Source: Octopus sinensis
Taxonomy: Eukaryota
DNA length: 5,987 nt
Assembly (NCBI RefSeq): GCF_006345805.1
Contig: NW_021829518.1
Span: 1-5,987, forward strand
Reading direction: 5' to 3'
Under the pieces are notes generated by a model that saw nothing but the letters and a program-made list of their open reading frames with translations, did not search any database and was not told the DNA's origin. Positions 1 through 5,987 of this stretch are shown here, one piece after another. Each line of letters starts with the position of its first letter. Positions within the stretch are counted from its first letter, which is position 1. The translations under genes were made by a program, and so were the position numbers.

Positions 1-1
1 G

Positions 2-194
2 CTAGTAATTGATAAAATCCGCCTTGTACTTCAGGATATAATTTCAGTTAATGTTGTTGATATTACAGGTCTCAACTGCGAAAATATCAACGGTTCTATG
101 TCGTGAAATGATTAGAAAACGACAATATTCCCACAAAATGCCTTCTTCGCAAGAGCGTATTCAACACCAAATTCAGCAACTTAGGTCTGACATT
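2..194 (+). pseudogene. N-terminal (pre-RT) region of the R4/Dong ORF, frameshifted
   Basis: One frame reads LVIDKIRLVLQDIISVNVVDITGLN (2-76). A shift near 75 gives TAKISTVLCREMIRKRQYSHKMPSSQERIQHQIQQLRSDI, resembling the PxWxxRIxxxIxxLRxDI motif of R4/Dong proteins. Not in the supplied ORF track. Confidence 0.7.
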
Positions 195-196
195 GA

Positions 197-370
197 ATGT
201 TTAAAAATGGTATTTTCCCTATCTTCCTGAAAACCGTATTGCAGTTACTTTTTAATATGTTGTTGTCCTTGAAGAATCTAACGCGCTTTTCATACCTTGC
301 TATGCGGGCAGCTTTAGCACATATCTTTGGCTTGATAGTTTCTATGGAGGCATCAAAATTGCTCCATGAT
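197..370 (-). pseudogene. Inverted internal fragment of the R4/Dong ORF
   Basis: Minus strand 342->214 reads ETIKPKICAKAARIARYEKRVRFFKDNNILKSNCNTVFRKIGK, matching the pre-RT ETxKQKxxAKxxRIxRYxKR...FYRxxGK block of R4/Dong ORFs. Boundaries are approximate (+/-10 nt). Confidence 0.75.
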
Positions 371-379
371 GTACTGCAT

Positions 380-1967
380 GGTTATAAAATGTTTGATAAA
401 AATATAAATCATCTCATTTACATGGATGATTTAAAGCTCTTTGCAAAAAATGACCAACAACTACAGGGCTTACTAGCAATTGTTAAACAATTCAGTGATG
501 ACATCAGGATGCAATTAAACCTCGATAAATGTGCAAAAGCTACCTTAATCAAAGGGAAAACGACGGAAACATCTAACGTTAACCTTGACCAGCAGAATGT
601 CATAAAAGAGTTAGAACCAGCGGAGACATACAAATAGCTAACGGTATTTGAAGGGAACGAATCAAACATTCAGTGATGAGGGAAATGATGAGAAGCGAAT
701 GTTATAGAACGGTAACAGCAATACTCATGACAGAGGTGAATGCAAGAAATAGGATCGAAGCGATCAATACTTTAGCCATACCAGTCGTGAATTACAGTTT
801 TAATATCATTAACTGGTCAATTACAGAAATATGTAATCTTGACAGAAAAAAGACAATTGTTGACAATGCATAGAATGCACCACCCTAAGGCAGATACAGA
901 ACGAATTTATGAGCCAAGAAAATAGAGTAGCTATGGACTTTTAAAACTGGCATTAACAATGAAGATTGCTACAATTGGCCTAGACACCTACCTGAAAAAC
1001 TCTGAGGACTGGATGTTAAAACTTGTCTCCAAACATGAAAACAAGAAAGCCTCATGCTCAGTAACAAAACAGGCAAAGGAATATATAAGTGAATTCCAAA
1101 TGCAACAAATTCCAGAATTAGACGTATAAGAAACAAGCTCAGAAAAGCTAAGCATATGAAAACCCGTGCTAAAACTGCTGCCTTAGATATTCTTACTGAT
1201 AAATAGCAAGAAAAACCTCTCAATGGCAAATACTCAAAGAGAGCGAATAATGCAGATGTTGACAAAGCCCTTACCCATCAATGGCTAATGGCTTCTGGAT
1301 TAAAATCTGAAACAGAAAGGTTTATCGTAGCAGCTCAAGATCAATGCCTACCAACAAGAAACTACCAGGTCAGCATATTAAAGAACGGCAGTAGCCCAAC
1401 ATGACGTGTATGTCAACAACAAAATGAAACCATTGATCATGTTGTCTCCAAGTGCAGTCTTCTAGCGCCTACAGAGTGTCTCAACATGAACGATAGAGCT
1501 GCACAATATATTCACTGGGTAATTTGCAAAAACCTGGATTTGCCCCATGATAAAAACTGGTGGCAACACAAACCACCCCCAGTGCTTGAAAATGACCACA
1601 TCTCACTCCTCTGGAACTTCACCATTCAAACTGACAGAAAGATAGATGCAAATAGGCCAGACATCATATTGAAAGACGTCTGACAAAAAAAAACCTCTTC
1701 ATTGATATGACTGTCCCAATCGATATAAATGTATCTGTCAAGACCTATCAAAATCTGAGCAATTAAAAAGATCTTGAAATAGAATTTGGCAAAATGTGGA
1801 ACCTGAAGACTAAAACAAAACCTGTTGTCATAGATGCCCTAGGAATGATAGCAAAAGGGGATGATTGCTACGTAGCTCAGATACCAGGAAATCTCAAAAT
1901 GGCAGAAATTCAAAAGATAGTGCTCATAGGAATTGCCCATAACCTACGTAATATACTATCTATGTAA
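380..1967 (+). pseudogene. C-terminal RT, thumb, zinc knuckle and restriction-like endonuclease coding region, disrupted
   Basis: Supplied ORFs 197..637 (3' part only), 673..873 and 1486..1683 are pieces of one ancestral ORF. In-frame stops fall at conserved positions, e.g. TAG 635-637 in place of Y of YKYLG, and TGA 1402-1404 in place of the first knuckle Cys. Frameshifts lie near 660, 850, 1140 and 1690. Confidence 0.9.
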
Positions 1968-2157
1968 TCTCAAACTTAAAAACACACTTAATTTTCTTAT
2001 GTTTTCTTAAATATTCTCTTGAACAACACTATGTATAAAACCAAATATATGACACCATAGGCATAACACCAACTTGAACTTCCAACTTGTTGCCTCCTGA
2101 GGTCTCTGGGTGAGACTTGCAGCCAATTTGTACAAATACGAAGTAAAAGTCAAACAT

Positions 2158-2234
2158 ATAATAATAATAATAATAATAATAACAACAACAACAACAACAA
2201 CAGCAACAACAACAACAACAACATTAATAATAAT

Positions 2235-2300
<66 letters not shown>

Positions 2301-2319
2301 TATAATAATAATAATAATA
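2158..2319. repeat. (AAT)n microsatellite with an internal (AAC)n tract (about 2181-2223); tail/target of the Dong-like elements
   Basis: Read directly from the sequence; begins immediately after the 3' UTR of element 1. Confidence 0.97.
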
Positions 2320-2565
2320 TCCCTGCAAGAAGTGCAAAAGATTGTCTTAACTGGTACATCACACGTATTGAGAAGAGCATTGTCGATGTGAGAACTGTTG
2401 CTGCTCATGTATTTTAATATAACTTAAAAAAATTTTTTTTTTTAAATGAACGAACTATTGAGTTTGGTTTAATGGCCTACCAATGTATACTATGAGTTTC
2501 TTTGCCCAAGGAGTCAGGAAGATACCTGGCAAGAAATGGAAGCAAATTTGAAAGAAGAAAAAAAA

Positions 2566-2566
<1 letters not shown>
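2320..2566 (+). mobile_element. Severely 5'-truncated second R4/Dong-like element (last 23 codons plus 3' UTR), from a different lineage
   Basis: 2320-2391 encodes SLQEVQKIVLTGTSHVLRRALSM*, which shares 13 of 22 residues with the C-terminus of element 1 (MAEIQKIVLIGIAHNLRNILSM*). A different 3' UTR of about 175 nt follows, then an (AAT)n tail. Confidence 0.85.
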
Positions 2567-2619
<53 letters not shown>

Positions 2620-2640
2620 TTAATGATAATAATTATAATA
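2567..2640. repeat. (TAA)n microsatellite, degenerate at the 3' end; tail of element 2
   Basis: Read directly from the sequence. Confidence 0.97.
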
Positions 2641-3181
2641 CCACAAATAATATCATTACTACCACAATTATTGTTGTTGGTCAAAATATTTTGTGCAAAT
2701 ATGGTAGAAATTTGCTTCTATTTTGCCTATTTCCTGAAGGTGTGACTCTTGTAAATCACAAATATATTTATCCGCATATTTGAAGGACTAAAAACTCAGT
2801 GAAGTCAGAATATTTCATAAGAATGTGCATTTTCAGATGTTCTTTAAAATTCAACGTAAGTTCTTCGACAAGTTCTGTAGAATTTGCGTCATTGCTCCTC
2901 ATCTCATACTTACGCACATTGAATATTATGTTTAAATCAAGTTGTGCTTTGTGCATTCAACTGCGGACACAAAATATGAATTAATACAGGTTTTGTCTTC
3001 TGTATAAATCACAACATTTATGGTATAATTCGTGACGTAGTTGGCTTGACTCACCAATTGGACTTGCGGCTGTTTTCAATGGCTATTTTCAATGGTACAT
3101 TCTTTAGAAATTCCAATGGAGATTTTATCACGACTAGCGCTACCGGTTAATAGTTATTTTATGTTTCCGTAACGTCTAACG

Positions 3182-3406
3182 CAGGGGTGGGCGAACTTTT
3201 TTGATCGCAGGCCGCACAGTGCGTCTTTGGAACCTTGGCGGGCCTCATTTATAAAAATCAAGTGAAAATATTTTTAAAGGCTGTTATAGACCTATAAACA
3301 CACAATTGACTGAAAGGAAATTTTGTGAAATATTCCTCTCGGCGGGCCGCATGAAAACCTATGGCGGGACGCATGCGGCCCGCGGACCGTAGTTTGCCCA
3401 CCCCTG
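3182..3406. mobile_element. Non-autonomous hAT (Charlie/Buster-type) DNA transposon / MITE, 225 bp
   Basis: TIRs CAGGGGTGGGCGAACT (3182-3197) and AGTTTGCCCACCCCTG (3391-3406) match at 15/16. Perfect 8-bp TSD GTCTAACG at 3174-3181 and 3407-3414, with a central TA. GCGGGCCGCA-like subterminal repeats at 3207, 3237, 3341, 3363 and 3374. Confidence 0.93.
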
Positions 3407-3603
3407 GTCTAACGCTTTTAGTAGGAAGAGGAAGAAATAATTATTTGAAACAAGGATAGTTTTTCGAATTATTTTGATAATTTTCATGCAACACTTGAAG
3501 CGACCGCGAAATTTACATGCCAGCTAATCACTACAGGAATCCCGTTATAAATTTTATTTTACTAAAACTACTCATAAGTATATGTATTTGTGAAGGAATC
3601 TGA

Positions 3604-3694
3604 CTTCTCGTCGACAACCATGATTGTCACACGCTGATGAAAGGTAAACCCTTGAAACTCAGGTACGTGTGTATCATGTGTTGAAGACGGGGAG
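3604..3694 (+). ncRNA. Type I hammerhead ribozyme motif; predicted cleavage after GUA at 3665
   Basis: Stem I CACACG (3628-33) / CGTGTG (3666-71); core CTGATGA (3634-40); stem II AAGG-taaac-CCTT (3641-53); GAAA (3654-57); stem III AC-tcag-GT; GUA triplet (3663-65). Stem I extends through CATGAT/ATCATG, CAAC/GTTG and CTTCTCGTC/GACGGGGAG. Folded by hand; activity untested. Confidence 0.82.
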
Positions 3695-4094
3695 GATGAC
3701 TCCCCTTCACAATACGACAGACACAAATAGTGTGTCTATAGCCAGCTGGAGGAGGTGTCTTCCTGGGGCTACAAACTACAGTAGCATCCACCCTTTGGGT
3801 TAGCCATATTCAAATGGCATATATGCATCACGTTGTGTTACCGCTACTGTTTATAACTCGCTCTGAGATTACTCATGAAAGTTTGATATTAAATGCCAAT
3901 TTTAATTATGTCATTGCGATTTCCTTAAAATCGGAATACATAATGGCGCACAAGATTATTTTCATGTTTCCAATAATCCAATAAATCTGTACAAACCCAA
4001 TTACTTTTTAAAAATTGAAATATCGAATTTGATTTAATTGTATCGTGAGGAACAACGATACAGGACTGAAGAGCAAAGCGGTATTACGTGGGTT

Positions 4095-4327
4095 AAGGCG
4101 GCGAGCTGGCAGAAACGTTAGCACGTCGGGCGAAATGCGTAGCCATATTTCGTCTGCCGCTACGTTCTGAGTTCAAATTCCGCCGAGGTCAACTTTGCCT
4201 TTCATCCTTTCGGGGTCGATAAATTAAGTACCAGTTATGCACTGGAGTCGATATAATCGACTTAATCTGTTTGTCTGTCCTTGTTTGTCCCTTCTATGTT
4301 TAGCCCCTTGTGGGTAGTAAAGAAATA
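4095..4327 (+). mobile_element. Full-length tRNA-derived SINE (family A; resembles octopus SINEs) with a 15-bp TSD
   Basis: A-box-like TGGCAGAAACGTTAG (4107-4121) and B-box-like GAGTTCAAATTC (4169-4180); ends in GTAAAGAAATA. Flanked by GGTATTACGTGGGTT (4080-4094) and GGTATAACGTGGGTT (4328-4342), one mismatch. Confidence 0.9.
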
Positions 4328-4598
4328 GGTATAACGTGGGTTTGCAAAACTTAACTTTTGTGTCCTAAACTCGAAGCTAGCTTTGAAAAACACGATTAGA
4401 ATGTTGGACTTAAAACCATAATTTGCGCAAATATGCCATAATAATGCAAGAACTGAAGCAGTCCTTCATTATATCCAGGTAATAATCACAAATTTTTCCA
4501 AGGTAATATCACAAAATTTTAATCAGGGTATTGTTTCATAACCGTACAGGAAATTGAATATAAGTGTGTGTATATGCATGTATATATGTAAGTATATA

Positions 4599-4830
4599 TA
4601 TTTTTTTACTACCCACAAGGGGCTAAAAACAGAGGGGACAAACAAGGACAGACAAAGCGATTAAGTCGATTCCATCGACCCCAGTGCGTAACTGGTACTT
4701 AATTTATCGACTCCGAAAGGATGAAAGGCAAAGTCGACCTCGGCAGAATTTGAACTCAGAACGTAACGGCAGACGAAATACGGCTACGCATTTCGCCCGG
4801 CGTGCTACCGTTTCTGCCAGCTCGCCGCCT
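4599..4830 (-). mobile_element. Second full-length copy of SINE family A, inverted, with an 18-bp TSD
   Basis: The reverse complement aligns without gaps to 4095-4327, with about 17 mismatches over about 233 nt (manual count). TSD TATATATGTAAGTATATA at 4581-4598 and 4831-4848. Confidence 0.92.
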
Positions 4831-4862
4831 TATATATGTAAGTATATAGGTGTGCGCACAAA

Positions 4863-4988
4863 TGTGTGTGGTGTGTGTATGCATGTGTGTGTGGAGAGAG
4901 AGAGAGACAGACAGACAGATAGAGACGTAGATTCACAGGTAGATAGATAGATAGACAGACAGATAAACGTATATATATATATATATAT

Positions 4989-5026
<38 letters not shown>
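4863..5026. repeat. Compound microsatellite: (TG)n, (GA)n, (GACA)n, (TAGA)n, (TA)11 at 4970-4991, (AG)17 at 4993-5026
   Basis: Read directly from the sequence. Confidence 0.95.
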
Positions 5027-5030
<4 letters not shown>

Positions 5031-5143
5031 GCGGTGAATAAATTCTCGTCTAAATTACACAAAAATTAACATAACACTAACATCTCACTTTAACAGATAT
5101 ATTTACCAAAATTACATAAAAATATCTTGATATACTAAAGACA

Positions 5144-5176
5144 TAGCGGCTCTCCAAAAGAGACCGATATTATAAG
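5144..5176 (+). mobile_element. Short relic of SINE family B
   Basis: TAGCGGCTCTCCAAAAGAGACCGATATTATAAG matches the family B internal sequence TAGCGGTTCGGCAAAAGAGACCGATAGAATAAG (reverse complement of about 5344-5376) at 28/33 positions. Confidence 0.55.
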
Positions 5177-5208
5177 AATCATACTTTAACGAGTTCAATC
5201 TCGTGGCG

Positions 5209-5229
5209 TATATATATATATATATATAT
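5209..5229. repeat. (TA)10 microsatellite abutting the SINE B tail
   Basis: Read directly from the sequence. Confidence 0.95.
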
Positions 5230-5639
5230 TACTCTTTTTTTACTCTTTTACTTGTTTCAGTCATTTGACTGCAGCCATGCTGGAGCACCGCCTTTAGTCG
5301 AGCAACTCGACCCCGGGACTTATTCTTTTTGTAAGCCCCAGTACTTATTCTATCGGTCTCTTTTGCCGAACCGCTAAGTAACGGGGACATAAACACACCA
5401 GCATCGGTTGTCAAGCAATGCTAGGGGGACAAACACAGACACACAAACACACACGCACACACATATACATACATATATATATACGACAGGCTTCTTTCAG
5501 TTTCCGTCTACCAAATCCACTCACAAGGCTTTGGTCGACCCGAGGCTATAGTAGAAGACACTTGGCCAAGGTGCCACGCAGTGGGACTGAACCCGGAACC
5601 ATGTGGTTGGTAAGCAAGCTACTTACCACACAACCACTC
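5230..5639 (-). mobile_element. Near full-length tRNA-derived CORE-type SINE (family B; possibly related to octopus OR2)
   Basis: The minus strand has a head GAGTGGTTGTGTGGTAAG, a B-box-like GGTTCAGTCCC (5593-5583), a CORE-like CCTTGGCCAAGTGT (5571-5558), an internal (TA)/(TG) tract at about 5431-5483, and an AAAAGAGT-repeat tail at about 5230-5250. No TSD found. The family name is recalled, not searched. Confidence 0.82.
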
Positions 5640-5642
5640 GTT

Positions 5643-5853
5643 CGTGTGTTTGTGTTTGTCTCCCCACCATAGCTAGACAACCAGTGTTGGTGTGTTTACG
5701 TCTCCGTAAACTAGCGGTTCGGCAAAGTACACAGACCGAATAAGAAATAGTCTTACATAGACTAAGACCTAGGTTCGATTCATTCGACAAAAGGCGGTGC
5801 TCCAGTATGGCCGCAGTTAAATGACTGAAACAAGTAAAAAAAAATAAAAGAAT
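5643..5853 (+). mobile_element. 3' half of SINE family B, more diverged, inverted relative to the 5230-5639 copy
   Basis: Aligns to the reverse complement of about 5230-5445 at roughly 75-80% by eye. The terminal AAAGGCGGTGCTCCAG..ATGG..GCAGT.AAATGACTGAAACAAGTAAAA is shared. It lacks the tRNA head and the CORE region. Confidence 0.88.
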
Positions 5854-5859
5854 TATCAA

Positions 5860-5987
5860 TGTGTGTGCGTGTGTGTGTGTTTGTGTGTGTGTGTGCGTGT
5901 GTGTGTGTGAGTGTGTGTGTTGCGTGTTTGTTTGTGCGTGTTTGTGTTGTGTGCGTGTGTGTGTGTGGTGTTTGTTTGGGTTGTGTA
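5860..5987. repeat. Imperfect (TG)n microsatellite running off the right edge
   Basis: Read directly from the sequence. Confidence 0.95.

Larger units (their letters stand above)
1..2157 (+). mobile_element. Decayed, rearranged R4/Dong-clade non-LTR retrotransposon (RT + CCHC + RLE); extends off the left edge of the window
   Basis: Manual translation across frameshifts and stops gives these motifs in order: MPSSQERIQHQIQQLRSDI (138-194); INHLIYMDDLKLFAKN (YMDD at 419-430); AINTLAIPVVNYSF; MHHPKADTERIYEPRK; LKSETERFIVAAQDQCLPTRNY; [stop]RVC-x8-H-x4-C (1402-1455); NRPDII (1651-1668); IDMTVP (1701-1718); EIQKIVLIGIAHNLRNILSM* (stop 1965-1967). A 3' UTR follows and ends in (AAT)n. This motif order matches R4/Dong RLE-type LINEs. 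Confidence 0.9.

Noticed and set aside
197-637. 146-aa ORF as a real protein
   Set aside because: It is chimeric: the first 60 or so codons are the antisense of an inverted LINE fragment, and only the part from 380 is RT.
418-1265. Minus-strand ORFs 418..669 and 969..1265
   Set aside because: Antisense shadows of the LINE ORF with no recognisable motifs.
2007-2783. Poly-Ile, poly-Thr and poly-Asn ORFs (2007..2408, 2110..2391, 2502..2783, 2536..2745)
   Set aside because: These are open frames through stop-free registers of the AAT/AAC microsatellites. Only 2320-2391 has real coding ancestry.
2768-2984. Short overlapping ORFs, plus splice-like signals: on + TTTTCAG|2837-2855|GTAAGT, and on - an exon-like 47 nt at about 2913-2959
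   Set aside because: No recognisable protein, and the minus-strand candidate has stops in all three frames. Such motifs arise often by chance in AT-rich DNA; RNA-seq would be needed.
3029-3120. TGACGT and CCAAT-like motifs, and a TTTTCAATGG doublet, as a promoter
   Set aside because: Short motifs with no associated gene or transcript evidence.
4039-4062. Perfect 8-bp inverted repeat TGTATCGT/ACGATACA
   Set aside because: An isolated short hairpin with no TSD or U-tract; one such repeat is plausible by chance in 6 kb.
4095-4185. tRNA gene at the SINE heads (also 5580-5639)
   Set aside because: A- and B-box-like motifs are present, but I could not build a full cloverleaf, and the heads continue into SINE bodies (family A copies with TSDs).
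4475-4520. Two imperfect 23-bp direct repeats (CCAGGTAATAATCACAAATTTTT / CCAAGGTAATATCACAAAATTTT)
   Set aside because: A simple local tandem duplication with no spacer, so not CRISPR-like, and no evidence of function.
4684-5859. ORFs 4684..4950, 4805..5062, 5229..5414, 5418..5672 and 5623..5859
   Set aside because: All lie within SINE or microsatellite sequence and are spurious.

Overview
AT-rich, repeat-dense eukaryotic DNA with no host protein-coding gene I can support. The SINE families look like those of octopus/coleoid cephalopods; this is recognised from memory, not from a search. In order: (1) a decayed R4/Dong-clade non-LTR retrotransposon (1-2157: YMDD reverse transcriptase, CCHC knuckle, PD-(D/E)xK restriction-like endonuclease), with an internally inverted block at about 197-370 and a large RT deletion; (2) an (AAT)n tract, then a roughly 250-nt 3' stub of a second, diverged R4/Dong lineage, then another (AAT)n tract; (3) a 225-bp hAT MITE with 16-bp TIRs and a perfect 8-bp TSD; (4) a solitary type I hammerhead ribozyme with a complete catalytic core and a long stem I (3604-3694), followed by a run of hairpins; (5) two convergent copies of a tRNA-derived SINE, about 93% identical, each with its own TSD; (6) compound microsatellites; (7) a near full-length CORE-type SINE on the minus strand, abutting an inverted 3'-half copy of the same family. 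The hammerhead is the most notable feature, because none of the annotated elements or supplied ORFs explains it.
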